NCBI RefSeq assembly: GCF_006345805.1 | Contig: NC_043003.1 | Location: 89,838,001-89,902,000, forward strand | Direction: 5' to 3' | Length of the DNA: 64,000 bases | DNA from: Octopus sinensis | Taxonomy: Eukaryota | Part shown: piece after piece, positions 12,245 through 25,615 of the stretch | Numbering within the stretch: position 1 is the first letter of the stretch | How the letters are laid out: the number at the start of each line of letters is the position of its first letter | Made by a program: the position numbers and the translations under genes | The notes under the pieces: generated by a model | Seen by the model: the letters and a program-made list of their open reading frames with translations, nothing else | Databases searched by the model: none | Told to the model about the DNA's origin: nothing

Positions 12245-14608
12245 TGATGTAGTTTCAACATTGCTGAAATATTTTAGCATAACCCAGCATAACAGGGTAA
12301 AATGAATCATAAGTTATTAAAACCTACCCATAACAAAAGGAATTTTCCAAGGAGACTCATTGTCCCCTGCTTTTCTGCCTTGCTCTGATCCTACTAACAA
12401 ACTTGTTAAATGAAACCACCATGGGTTACAGATGCTGTGGACAAACTGTAAATTATTTCCTTTATATGGATGACTTAACATTTTTCACTAAAAATACCAC
12501 TGAACAAAAAATACCTTCTAAAAATTATCCATAGCTTCAGTAAGGACATCAGGATGAGAATGGGATTGGACAAATGTGCCAAAGTGACATTGAAAAGAGG
12601 TAAATTAATCATCACTGGAAACACTGCACTTTTCATTAACACAGAAATCAGAGAATTAAACCACAATTGTCCTTACAATTATCTAGATGAAATAGCTAAA
12701 ATACAACACACACAAATGAAAGAGAAACTTAGGAGAGAATATTACAGAAGAGTTAGACTAACATTAAACATGCTAGCCATACCAGCAATAAATTAAACAG
12801 TTTCAACAGAATAAAGTGGAAGATTAGTGAATTGAGAAACTTATATAGAAAAATCTGGAAACTATTAACAGGATACCAAAGTCACCATCCCAAAGCAGAC
12901 ACAAATAGAATATGTTTACCTTACACAGAAGTTTGCGGCCTGATACAGATAGAGAACTACTGTAAAATAACAACAGTTGAACTAGAAAAATATTTTGAAA
13001 CAAAAGTGGACAACTGCTACATGTAATAAAGCAAAATGAAAAAAAAAAAAAAAAAAAAAAAAAACACTTTTCTATACACAAGGAGGTGACAAAATACAAA
13101 ACAGAAACATAATTGCCCATACTAATATCTAGGAATAGACAAAAAGCTAAAATACAACACACAGAAATGAAAGAGAATATTACAGAAGAGTTAGACTAAC
13201 ATTAAATACTGAACTCAGTGCTAAAAATAAAATAATATGGATAAACACACTAACCATATCAGTAATAAATTGCAGTTTCAACATAATAAAATGGAAGATT
13301 AGTGAATTGAGAAACTTAGAAAAATCAGGAAACTATTAACAACATACTAAAATCACCACCCAAAGCAGATAGTAGCCTTTGAAGTGGTAGAATGTAACAC
13401 CCAACATACTGTATTCATGTTCCTGAGTGTTCTAATATGACTGTGGTTGACATTGATCTTTATTCTTTTGTAGTAAGGGGAGAGTTATTTTATTGTACAA
13501 TAATTACCATTTACATACTTGAGTTGATTAAACACTCACCTCAGATAACAACACAGCAGAAATGATAAAAGAGATATAAAAAAAACATGAAAACGGAACT
13601 ACAAAATATACTAAAGTAGAAATGGAAAGAAAAACCACTGAATGGCCAAACCCTACAAGGCTTGACAAAGAAGTAAGCCTAAGTAAAAGCCAAAAATGGT
13701 TCAAAAGCTCTGGGCCAAAAGCAGAAACAGGACTGATTCTTGCTGTGCCAGACCAATGCCTGACCATAAACAACTATAAAAGCTAAATAATGAAAACAGG
13801 CCCTAACACCAAATGCAGAATGTGTAACCAGCACAATGAGACAGTTGACCACATTATTTCTGTTTGACCAGTCCTAGCTAAATTTGAATATAAATATACA
13901 GACATGACTGTGTAAGTAGTTATATCCACTGGGCACTATGCCAACACCACAACATAAAAACTAACAAGGCATGGTATAAACATGTGCCAAACCAAGTGCA
14001 TGACAATGATTAGACCACAATTGTCTGAGATATGCCTGATCAAACTGACAAAGAAATCAAAGCTAACCGCCCAGACATAATAATCAAAGATTATTAATAA
14101 TCAAAAAGTACTTTATTACTGATAGACATTGCAGTCCCTACTGACCAAAATATTGCCCCAAAAGAAGTACAAAGATCTCAAAACTGAAGTAGTGAAGATG
14201 TGGGACAGAATGTGAAAACAGTATCAGTAATAATTGAAACATTAGCTATGATTAAAAAAAACCATGAACACAAACATAGAAGCTATACCTGGACTCAACA
14301 CTATCCCAAAAAGTAGCCCTACTGGGAACAGCCCACATCCTAATTCAATAATACAACCCAAATTAAACAATCCACAAATACACTACACTGTATACAGTAA
14401 ATAAAATAAACATGTACTCTATAGATATCAACAGAACACAATACAAAAAGACTGAAGCTAAAACCCATAACAAAAACTGATGCAATACCAAGAAGAATTT
14501 TTACTCCCCCCCCTACCCAAAGCAAGAACACAGCTCAGCAACAAGGTATAGTAGGTCATGCAGTAGAAATTTGCCTGAAACTATCAAATGTTGAATAATA
14601 ATAATAAT
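12245..14608 (+). mobile_element. R4/Dong-type non-LTR retrotransposon (RT + CCHC + RLE), 5'-truncated, rearranged
   Basis: Translates to KGIFQGDSLSP, LYMDDL, GLDKCAKV, KCRMCNQHNETVDHII, RHD, ANRPDIIIKD, LIDIAVPTD; ends in (AAT)n. Confidence 0.9.
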
Positions 14609-14609
14609 C

Positions 14610-14960
14610 ATTTTTACTATAAGAACAAGGCCTGAAATTTTGGGGAGGGAGATAGTTAATTACATCAACCCCAGTGTTTCACTGGTACTTTATTTAATGA
14701 CCCTTGGTGGCATTTGGACTCAAAACATAAAGACAAAATACCACAACACATATTGCCTGGTGTGCTAATGATTCTGTCATAATGGCTTCCAGCATCGGTG
14801 CAATTATATCAACTTCAGTATATTCCTGGCACTTTATTTTATCAATCCCAAAGGATGAAAGACTAAGTTAACTTCATCTGGATTTGAAATCAGAATATTT
14901 GGGGATGAAACTAAATACTATAAAGCATTTTTTAATCCGTCACTGTATGGTTTCTGCCAC
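14610..14960 (-). mobile_element. Two adjacent family-B SINE remnants
   Basis: CAAGGCCTGAAATTT...GGTACTTTATTT and TTTTATCAATCCCAAAGGATGAAAG...GATTTGAA are reverse complements of family B. Confidence 0.6.
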
Positions 14961-15948
14961 TAACCACTGTATGGTTTTTGCCACTAACCACTGTATTAGA
15001 GTTTTAAAGTGGTAGAATGTAACACCCAACGTACTGTAGTTATGCTTTTGTGTGTTCTAATACCACTGGGGTCAACATTGATCTTCATTCTTTTGGAGCA
15101 AGGGGTGAGTCATTTTATTGTAAAATAATTACTAGTCATATACTAGAGATGATTCAACCAAGTAAATCTTTTCACTATAAATTTGTAATCCACTTTCAGT
15201 GTATGAAGTTATACATTAATACAATAAGTACAAGTGTAGTTGTGTGGTTCAGAAGTTTTCTCCTTAAGCAATTGGTTCTGATTTCAGTGCCAATGTGTGA
15301 TACCTTGGGCAAGTGTCTTCTACTAAAAGCTCCAAGCCAACCAATGCCTTGTGAATAGATATGGGGAGTTTTCATGTGGATGACTCAAACATGCCTATTT
15401 GAGTGCTCAAATAGGCATGTAATTTACTATTTTGTACTGTTTTTACCATTTGTTATGTAGCTAAATTTTAGATTGAATTAAATGAAATTAAATGTCCTTG
15501 TCCTGCATTGCCTAATTGTTTGCTTTCCTCACTACTTCAATATTTATATATGTATGTGTGTCACTATCATTATTTAATGTCCATTTTCCATCTTGGTATG
15601 GGTTAGATGGTTTGACTGGTAAGCTGGAGAGCTGCATCAGACTCTAGTCTGATTTGGCTTGGTTTCTACAGCAGGATGTTCCTAATACCAACAGCTCTAG
15701 AGTATACTGGATGTTTTTTGTGTTACTGGCATAGGTACCTTTTACGTGTCACCAGCACCGGCCATGACCGGCCTTTCCTGTTTCCAACCCTTATCTGTTT
15801 CCAAGCAAGTTAATATTTCGCTATGTTTTCACAGAATATTGAAAATAAATAGTACTGCTTGTATGATTGTGACACTCATTTACAACTCTCACTCAATGTC
15901 AAGATAGGTAGACACACACAATCATACCCTCACAAACACATACACGTT

Positions 15949-15984
<36 letters not shown>

Positions 15985-16170
15985 CACACATACACACACA
16001 ACAGTCTTCTTTCAGTCTCTATCTACCAAATTCACTTATGAGGCTTTTGTCAACCTAGGGCTATAGGAGAAGGCATTTGCCCTAGGTAAAATGTAGTGGA
16101 ACTGAAACTATGTAGTTCAAAAGCAAACTTCTTACTATATGGTCATGCCTGTACCTATATATATATATAT

Positions 16171-18768
16171 ATCATCATCATCGTTTAGCATCTGCTTTCC
16201 ATGCTAGCATGGGTTGGACGGTTCAACTGGGGTTTGGGAAGCCAGAAGGCTGCACCAGGCCCAGTTTGATCTGGCAATGTTTCTACGGCTGGATGCCCTT
16301 CCTAACGCCAACCACTCCATGAGTGTAGTAGGTGCTTTTTACGTGCCACCGGTGGCTGGCAACGGCCACGAACGGATGATGCTTTTTACGTGCCACCGGC
16401 ACGAGGCCAGTCGGGGCGGCGCTGGCAACGGCCACGTTCGGATGGTTCTCTTACATGCCACCGGCACTGGTAACTCAGCAGCAATTTCCATTGATCGATT
16501 TCGATTCTGATTTCTCACTTGCCTCAACAGGTCTTCACAAGTAGAGTTTTGTGTCCCAAGAAGGGAAGGTATGCATAAGTGAACTGGCTACATCCCGTGT
16601 AGAAGGCCACGGGTTATGGTCTCACTTGTCCTGCCGGGTCTTCTCACGCACAGCATACTTCCAGAGGTCTCGGTCTCTAGTCATTTCCTCAGTGAGACCT
16701 AAAGTTCGAAGGTCGTGCTTCACCACTTCGTCCCAGGTCTTCCTGGGTCTGCCTCTTCCACAGTTTCCCCTCAACCGCTAGGGTGTGGCACTTTTTCACA
16801 CAACTATCTTCATCCATTCTCGCCACATGTCCATATCAGCGCAAATGTCTCTCTTGCACACCACATCTGATGCTTCTTAGGTCCAGCGTTTCTCTCAAGG
16901 TACTTACACTCTGTCGAGTATGAACACTGACATTACACATCTATCGGAGCATACTGGCTTCATTTCTTGCGAGCTTACGCATATCCTCAGCAGTCACGGT
17001 CCATGTTTCACTGCCATGTAGCATGGCTGTTCATGCACACGCGTCATACAGTCTGCTTTTTACTCTGAGCGAGAGGCCTTTTGTCACCAGCAGAGGTAAG
17101 AGCTCTCTGAACTTTGCCCAAGCTATTCTTACTCTAGCAGTTACACTTTCAGCACACCAACCCCCGCTGCTGACTTGGTCACCTAGGTAACAGAAGCTAT
17201 CAACTATTTCTAGTTTTTCTCCCTGGAAAGTGACAGAAGTTGGTCTCAGAGCATTTTCAGTGTTTATTGTCCCTGAGCATCTGCCACATACAAAAACTAT
17301 CTTCCTAGTTAGCCTTCCTTTGACATTGCTGCACCTCTTATGTGTCCATAGCTTACACTTGGTGCAGCTTATAGATTTTCTACCTACACCTTTTCTACAG
17401 ATCGAGCAGGGCCATCTACCTGAAGGCGTTTGTGATTTGTCTACCTTCCTACTTATTAGGACTTTGGTTTTAGCTAGATTGACTCTAAGGCCCTTCGATT
17501 CTAATCCTTGTTTCCACACCTGAAACTTCTCTTCCAGTTCCGATAGTGACTCAGCAATTAGAGCAAGGTCATCAGCATAGAGGTGCTCCCAGGGGCATCC
17601 TGTCTTGAATTCCTCCGTTATTGCCTGGAGGACTATGATAAATAGCAGGGGGGCTGAGGACTGAACCTTCGTGGACCCCAACCTCTACCTTGAATTCTTC
17701 ACTGTACTCGTTGCCAACCCTCACCTTACTAGCAGCGTCCCTGTACATGACTCGCACATCTCTCACTAACCATTCATCTATCCCTAGCTTCCTCATTGAC
17801 TATCAGATAAGGGATCGGAGGACCCTGTCGAAGGCTTTCTCCATGTCAACAAAAGCCAGGTACAGGGACTTATCTTTGGCTAGGTATTTCTCCTGCAGCT
17901 GCCTTACCAGGAATATAGCATCAGTGGTACTTTTCCCTGGCATGAACCCAAACTGCATCTCGTCTAAACTAACTCTCTCTCTAATTAGTTGGGCTATGAC
18001 CCTCTCCGTAACCTTCATTACCTGATCCAACAGCTTGATACCTCTGTAATTATTTGTATCTAGGGTGTCACCTTTACCTTTGTAGCAGTTGACTAGTATG
18101 CTGCTACACCAGTCATTGGGTATGACTCCTTCGTGTATCACCTGATTAACTATACGGGTGACTAGGCTATAGCCGACACTACCAGATATTTTGAGCATCT
18201 CTGCAGTGATTCCTGATGGGCCTGGGGCTTTCCCTGTCTTCATGCTTCTAATTGCCTTAACTACCAAGGAACTGTCAACTCGGATAGCTGGTCCCTCTGT
18301 TGGGTCAACATTTGGCAGACTCTCTTAATCCCATTCATTTTCTTTATTCAGCAACCTTTCATAGTGGCGTCTCCAAACCTCTCTCTTTGCATCCTCCTTT
18401 AGCGCAAGTGAACCATCTTCCATGCGAACACACTTCTCTCCTACCACATCACAATTCTCTCTCACACACTGTCTTGCAACGCGAAACATCTCCAGTCTTT
18501 GGTCCTCACGGCACAGAACATTGGCAAATTTTTTCTTATCTGCTTCCCCTCTGGCTAGATAGACCTGTCTCCTAGCTTCCCTTTTGGCAGTCTGATACAA
18601 TTCCCTGCTACCACCATTCTTCCAGTCCTTCCAAGTCTGTCTCTTTTCTCTAATAGCCCTGTCTACAACACTGTTCCACCACCACGTTACCTTGGGACGA
18701 GAGGGGACTTTGCACCAGCCACAGATCTGGTCAGTAGCTCTCAGCAGGTTGTCTCTTAGAAACGTCCA
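16171..18768 (-). mobile_element. RTE-clade LINE, 5'-truncated (ORF2 RT region + 3' UTR + (GAT)n tail)
   Basis: ORFs with KAPGPSGI, NYRGIKLL, QFGFMPGKSTTDAIF, FVDMEKAFDRV, LYADDLALIAES, FCYLG; frameshifts and stops; (TA)n on both flanks. Confidence 0.95.
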
Positions 18769-20514
18769 TATATATATATATATATATATAATGTGCAGAA
18801 ATAGTCTAAGGATAAAATTGTTTTCATAGACATTGTGTGGGCTATGAAGGATGTCTTTGGATTGTGGGATGCATTTATATCTCTATCATTATACTTTATC
18901 AATTATGAATAGCAGATCAGCCTTTCACAGCCTTATAAAACAGATGATCTTATATATATAAGAACAACAAATAGTACATTTGCTGATGCGCATAAAACCT
19001 GGCCCAGCTGGAATGAATTAACTGGAGGTGCACAAAGCAGCACTTAGTGAAGTATATGTATGTACAGTCATATATTGATTGTATTTTTCAATTATGTATT
19101 TTCATTATCTGGTTCATATATTTGTCTGTATATGTGTTGACACCCCTTCAGTTTCTGATGGTAAACGTTTGGTTTAAGATATATCCACAAGCATTCCTCT
19201 CCACACACAATATAATTCATATTGGATGTATTCTTGTAGCTGCTGTGATAGATATACTTCCTCTGGCTAAAAATAAGTTTAAGTACTAGTTACTCATTAC
19301 CAGTTACATAGAATCAAAACGGACATTTGCTTATCATTGTTTTGTTAATAATCCCAACACCACCGCTACCTTTCTTTTACATGGTTTTTTTTTTGTGCTT
19401 TTTTTCTGTTGTTAGTAAGTCTGTTATGTGACTTTTCTTGGTGCATTTTGGCTCATCTGTCTGATTGTCACTGACTCTGTAGCATTATTAGTTTCTTAAC
19501 TGTCCGCTTGTTTATTTTCTATCTATCACCAGCATGGCTGAATGGGTAAACAAGTTTGCTTTGCAGTCATGAGGTTTCACAATTGATCTCAACTGCATAA
19601 CTTCTCAATCAAATGTCTTCTGCTTATAGCCTTAAATGAACTCAAGCCTTGTGAGTTAAACTGGGCAGACTGAGACTGTGCAGAAACTGATGAGTTGTAC
19701 CTGTGATGCAAAGGTTCACCCAATCACACTGTGTCATAGTGATTTTACATGAAACAGAATTACGCTAAGGATACATGGAACTGTGGAACATTCTCCCACC
19801 ACTGCCATGTTAAGTTAATGAATTGGTTGTTCACTTGAAAGAACAACTAAACTCTCTCTGTTACCACATAGCCACACATGCACTTATATCTGTTAATTCT
19901 CTTCAAATATCTAATTACAGTTGGACAAAATCAGGGTTTTTCTTCTGTTTTGGTTGGAGTTTTCAAGTGGGATAGGTATTATTGATTCAATCAATTCTGT
20001 GCATGCTTGTAGGGAATAATGGAAAATTTGGTTTCTGCAGGATTTGACAAAAAAAAAATCAAAACTCAAAACTGTATTTAATATAAATACAAATTAGTGG
20101 AACCCTTTAATCCATAAAGATAATTTACCAAGGGTTCATTCTTCCTCTTTACTGTTTGACTGAAGATAGCCCACAATGGAGTCTGTATAGTGATTTTGTA
20201 CAGGGATACCTGCAAAGGTGAAGTTAGAAGACCAAGTTGATTGGGTAGTAAACAACTAGCACAGTAGTTCATATCCTGTCAACAGCAATGCATTGTATTC
20301 ATGACTCAGATAAAGTTTTCTGGTTTTCATGCTAATGCCAGCATAAAATATATACAGAAAATGTTGATGTTCTGAAAATAGCTGATTGGCAGAGAATGAA
20401 AAAAAGAAAAAGAGAAGAGAACCAACTATTTAACTGTAGAAAATTGTCAGAATGTGATGAATATTTCTATTATTATTTTAGTACATTACCCTCTCATCAC
20501 AAAAGAAATGATTT

Positions 20515-20900
20515 TGGTGGCTGTGTGGTTAAGAGTTTGCTTCCTTACCACATGGTTCTGTGTTCAGTCCCACTGTGTAGCACTTGGGCAAGTGTCTTCT
20601 ACTATAGCATTGGGCCAACTTAAGCCATGTGAGTGGATTTGGTAGATGAAAACTGAAAGAAGCCCATTATATATGTATGTGTGACTTTGTGTCTATGTTT
20701 GTCTCCCACCCACTTGACAACTGGTGTTAGTGTGTTTACATCCATGTGATTTAACAGTTCAGCAGAAATAGACCAAAAGAATAAATATCAGGCTTAAAAC
20801 AAAAACAGTACTGGGGTCGATTCATTCGACTAAAACTCTCCAAGGCAATGCTGCAGTATGGCCATAGTCTAATGTCTGAAACAAGCTGAAGATAAAGATA
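20515..20900 (+). mobile_element. tRNA-derived SINE, family A, near full length
   Basis: TGGCTGTGTGG A box, GTTCAGTCCC B box, body and GCAGTATGGCCATAGTCTAATGTCTGAAAC tail. Confidence 0.8.
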
Positions 20901-22883
20901 AATTTTTTGAAAGAAAAGAAATATTAAGTCCAATACTAAGAAATAACACAACCATCCACCTTCTGTTTACACCCTGCATTCTATCATATTTCTATAAGCA
21001 TATGGATCCATAAACAGATGGATGATGGTGTGTGTGTGTGTGTTTATTTTTGTATTATAATAAAAATTGGCGGGTCTGCTGCTGAAATTGCCAATTGATG
21101 TTAATTAATATTTTAATTAACTTTATACTATCTCTCTCACGTTTTTTTTTTTGTTATTTACGGAACCTATACTTTTGAAACTTGCTATGAGTTTATTACC
21201 TATATACACAAGTATTCACCAATTTAGTTAGTTACCTGATGTTTGTAGAGTTAAGAGTCTTATCTAAGAATAATATTTGAAGTGGAATATGAACTACTAT
21301 TTACGCTTCTTATAAACATTGGAGTTCTATATCCTCATTCTGAGTAAACTACTTGGTCACAGCTTGTTGCATTTTTTTTACACCTATTTATTTTTGTCTC
21401 CTGTTTTAATCCTGTATATTTGTTATAAAGTGAAATAATATATTGTTGACTTAAGCTTTAAAACAGTTGATTCAACTATCTTGATTGATCCTCAGTGGTG
21501 TCAGATATATAATCTGGATTTTGATGATTATGCTGATTTTCCATGAACAATAAATATAAAGATGTTTATTTTCAGCTATCCTATGTAATAAATACTTTTT
21601 ATATTTGTTTAGGATATTACAAAAGGAAAACAATATTGAATGTTCATCTGTAACTAAGGAGATAATACCATTGAAAATATGCATAGATTTTTTTTTAGAG
21701 ATTAATGCCGCCTAGGTGGACTGCATAGCAGTATTTTGAAACAAAGAATAACAACATGCTATCTCCGTTCCCAGCTAGCTTGCTAATTCATCATTGGGGA
21801 TTAGTTTTATCCTGCTCACTGGTTTAACTCTTCGTTGTAGATAGGAGCTAAGTGTACCAGATCTACATAAAGTTTTTGCTGCATCAGAATATTTCTTTTG
21901 AATATGTTTTTGAGTAGGTATCCCTTCTAATCTTGCCTTGGATTCCATTCATCATCATCATCATTTAATGTCCATGTTCCATGCTGGTATAGGTTGGATG
22001 GTTTGACAGGATCCAATGGATCCAAGAACTGCATTATGATCCAGTGTCTACTTTGACATGGTTTCTATAACCAGATGCCCTCCTTAATGCCAGCCACTTT
22101 ACAACATGCACTGTGTACTTTTTTCATACCATCATTACTAGTGAGATTGCCATGCAGCTTGCAAGACTACAAACCCTAAGTAAGGTGCTTTATCCTTTTA
22201 GTTTTCAGATTACTCTTTCAAATGCTTATTTATTCACATTGTTTTGATTTAATATGCATTATCTCATATCTTTGAGACTTCAATGATGTGATTGTTTATA
22301 TGCAGCAGGATATTGCAAGGTAGGCGAGAGGCCAGATCTGGTGGTTTGAACATAAAACAGGGAGAATATTTTTCCCGGATATAGGTGGTTTAAATGCCTA
22401 AGGGTTATGCTATGAGCTGAGGGGTTAAAGTATGAGAGAGGGCAGAGCAGAACAAATTTCTTGCTGTAGATGAGCTACATAACTACTCACATTTTAGAAG
22501 AGAGGGTGAGAGTGATCAAATAGAGATGGTAAAAAATAATAATAATAGATGATAATAGTGAGGATGAGGTGTCTGGATGTCAAAGTATGAGTGAGTAGAG
22601 GTGAGCAGAAACAAAAGGACTGGGAGTGTAGGTGGGTAGAGGTTGCAAATGTGTGTAAGAAAGTAAGAAATAGAGAATAAAAGGAGGGGGTGAATATAAT
22701 GAGTGAAGAACAAGTGTCAAGGGATGATAGGTGGTGATGTAGGGAAAAGTAGGTGACAACTGTAGAGATTTGCTAGGGTTGTTTGAAAAGAGTGGTGTTA
22801 AGGTTTAGTAAAAGACAATACATCATAATCTTAGTTATGGCACATTCTCTTTATTTAAGGTCTTGCTCTTCTATTTATTTCAG

Positions 22884-22916
22884 GCTGCTGGGTGTTTTTA
22901 TGGTTCTCATGCAAGG
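22884..22916 (+). other. Candidate 33-nt microexon
   Basis: Acceptor TCTTGCTCTTCTATTTATTTCAG, donor AGG/GTAATA, length divisible by 3, all three frames open. Confidence 0.3.
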
Positions 22917-23582
22917 GTAATATTTCTAAATGAATGTACCAGTGTAAGAAAGGGTATGTCAATGTCAAATTCTGGTTGCTATTGTTTCACACCACTGTTT
23001 TATTTCTAATCTTCTCTTAAATGGGTTAAAACTGTACACTAAAAGGGCAGCCATGAGTTCAGCTGTAAAATAATCCATATATAATGATATTCTAACAATA
23101 AAGCCATTTCAGAGAAAATAAAGGGAGTGTAGTTTTGTTTTTAACATCTGAATTTAAGGTGACACCAATCTAGATATAAAATGGTATTTAAAAAATGATA
23201 GCTTGATACATGGTGTTTTAATAGTTTCAGATCTTTTACCTATAAAGGTTTATTACTGTGACCTATTTTATTTCATGACTGTAGAATTGATAGTTATTAG
23301 TTTTTGTTGGACAGATTTTCTTTCAGTTTAGATAAAAGTGTGTGTGAGAGAGAGGGGGGGGGGTAAGTTGGTGTTTCCTTGTCTGGACATTGTATGACTA
23401 CTGTAAATGAGTGTCACCGTCAGGCAGTGTCATTTGCTTCCAATCTTCCATGGGAACATATCTGGCCATGGGAAATATTACCTTACTTGGAAACAGGTGG
23501 GAGTTGGCGACACAAAGAACATTCTGTTGTATAATAGCCCATTATTTACATGCTATTATTTATAGCTTCATTTGAACCATTC

Positions 23583-23619
<37 letters not shown>

Positions 23620-23620
<1 letters not shown>

Positions 23621-24445
23621 TGTATTTTTCCCTTGTTAACAATTAACATGAAAAAAATAGATAAATAGTTACCAGGGTAGCACAAAATTACACAAGTAAA
23701 GAGGTTGTAACTCCTTGTTTTTAAAGGTAGAAACTTCGGGTTTACATGGAATTTTTCGTATAATAATATATAAATAAATGGAGTTTAATGCAGGTATAAT
23801 TCAAGTACTTTTACTTCTGACACATGTTTCGAAGATATCACTGAATAAATGGTGTAAAACAATGTAATCTTCTCTTCAGGGAAGTAAAGAAATGAAACGC
23901 GTCAATAAGACATTTTAACGGAAAATGATGGATATGTATAGTGATTTACTGAACGCTATTAATATTGTTTGAAAAAACTTTATATGATATAACGTCAGAA
24001 GTAGCTTATAGAAAGAGTAGGGATATTAATAGTGAATGTTAAATATAAAGGAAATTATTGTTTAAATTATATATAATGATAGAGATTACTTATATGCACT
24101 AAAGGTGTGTTTTTGCCAATGTTTACATTGGTATGCACGCTCTATAAGCATGTTTACTAGGAGATTTTTAGAAAAAATAATGAAAAATAGTTCAGAATTA
24201 CAGCGAAGACAGAATTCCTTGCTTTGTCATAAGGTATCGAGATTGAGAGAATCAACCATTCTAAATTAAATTGTTCATTGTGGTCTTTTAGATCCCAAAT
24301 TAATTTATTGAGCCCTGTACTGTTACATTTATTCCTTTCCCTAAATGTTGAGTAATGGATAGAAATTCTTTTAGATAACTCTAACGATGTGCTTCCAATG
24401 TAAAATCGTACTTTATTATGAGTAATGATTTTACACTGGTATATA
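23620..24445 (-). mobile_element. Penelope-like element 3' fragment with GIY-YIG endonuclease remnant
   Basis: Minus strand from 24444 reads IYQCKIITHNKVRFYIGSTSLELSKRISIHYSTFRERNKCNSTGLNKLIWDLKD; AT-rich UTR, hammerhead, then (TA)n. Confidence 0.85.
23810..23888 (-). ncRNA. Type-I hammerhead ribozyme with canonical core
   Basis: TTTACTTC-C-CTGAAGA-GAAGAT...ATCTTC-GAAAC-ATGT-GTC-A-GAAGTAAA; predicted cleavage 23819/23818; C-A mismatch at the first helix I pair. Confidence 0.85.
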
Positions 24446-25110
24446 GTTGAAATTTACAGAAAAGCAAAAGGCAAAGACAGGTCTATAAACAACAAGCAGG
24501 TGTGTTAGTTTGGCACTCAGAAAAGTGAGAAAGTCTTTTACATTTTGAGCCTATGCTCTTCAACAGAAAGGAATAAGAGAAAATTAACAGAGAGAGAATA
24601 AAAAAAAAATTGTGGATTTAGTGGTCAAGCATAGTAAACTGGTTGGAAAAAATAGGTTTGACAGGAGAGGTGGAAAGAAGAGGAGATAGTAAAATATTGG
24701 TGATCCTAAAATGAAGGTGCACATGTGTGTATGGATAGGGGCTAGTGACTTTGATGTGTGCAGATGATGGTGTGTGGTGTGGCTGCTGGGAAGTGTTGAG
24801 TACTAGTGTATGGGGTGGTGTGATGTGGTAGGGGGTATAGGAATGTAGGGGTGTGGGTGGGTGGGGGTAGTGGAGGGGTATCAACGAAGAGAGGAAGTAG
24901 GTGGGTGGGAGTGAAGAGAGGAAGTAGGTGTCAGGTGAAGAAAGGAGAGGAGGGCCATGTGGCACAAAACCGAAGAGATGATTAATTCCTGTTCACAGCA
25001 AAGACGGGAGTCCAGATGGCCCCGTGCAAAGACAATCCGAACACAGACATGTGTTGTAGTGAATGACTGGTAGAGCGGAAATGACGCAAGGACACATATG
25101 GAGACACGGA
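24446..25110 (-). mobile_element. Second Penelope-like element 3' fragment (different family)
   Basis: HFRSTSHSLQHMSVFGLSLH / RGHLDSRLCCEQELII resemble the GIY-YIG C-terminus; pyrimidine-rich UTR; hammerhead-like motif; ends CTGTAAATTTCAAC-TATA. Confidence 0.7.
24535..24570 (-). ncRNA. Decayed minimal hammerhead motif
   Basis: CTTT-CTGTTGA-A-GAGC-ATAG-GCTC-AAAAT-GTA-AAAG; G12A and C15.2U fit CpG decay. Confidence 0.5.
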
Positions 25111-25162
25111 TCCACACATATAGAGATGCACACCCATACATACAAACATGGTACATAGTTGC

Positions 25163-25202
<40 letters not shown>

Positions 25203-25362
25203 TGCTCACACAAGGAGACAGAGGTGCATACATATACAAACACACACACACATACACAGAAAAGGTACACAAACACAGACATGCAATTACATGAATATGC
25301 TTCAACACACAAACTTGTATAAAGAATCTTGCAAACCAAATCCAAAAACGAAATATGTATAT

Positions 25363-25405
<43 letters not shown>

Positions 25406-25477
25406 CCACGTACTTGCATTGTTGTTTTCTCTTTGTTCATGTTTGGATTAACTATATATATATACATATATATATAG

Positions 25478-25615
25478 TTGAAATTTACAGAAAAGTAAAA
25501 AACGAAGTCAGGTGTATTAGTTTCATGTTTGGGAAGGTGAGAAAGTATTTTACGTTTCAAGCTGACGCTCTTCAACAGAAAGGAACATGACAAAATATAC
25601 AGATAGAGGATAAAA
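25478..25615 (-). mobile_element. Short pseudo-LTR fragment of the same family as 24446-24600
   Basis: GTTGAAATTTACAGAAAAG...GCTCTTCAACAGAAAGGAA duplicated from 24446-24573; abuts (TA)n. Confidence 0.75.
25548..25581 (-). ncRNA. Minimal hammerhead motif, A6U variant
   Basis: TTT-CTGTTGA-A-GAGC-GTCA-GCTT-GAAAC-GTA-AAA. Confidence 0.6.

Noticed and set aside
18978-19045. CTGATGCGCAT...GTGCACAAA, a possible very old hammerhead
   Set aside because: Too many core mismatches and no cleavage triplet or helix III
23894-23903. GAAACGCGTC, the 3' half of a + strand hammerhead
   Set aside because: No upstream CUGANGA-like core or helix II on that strand
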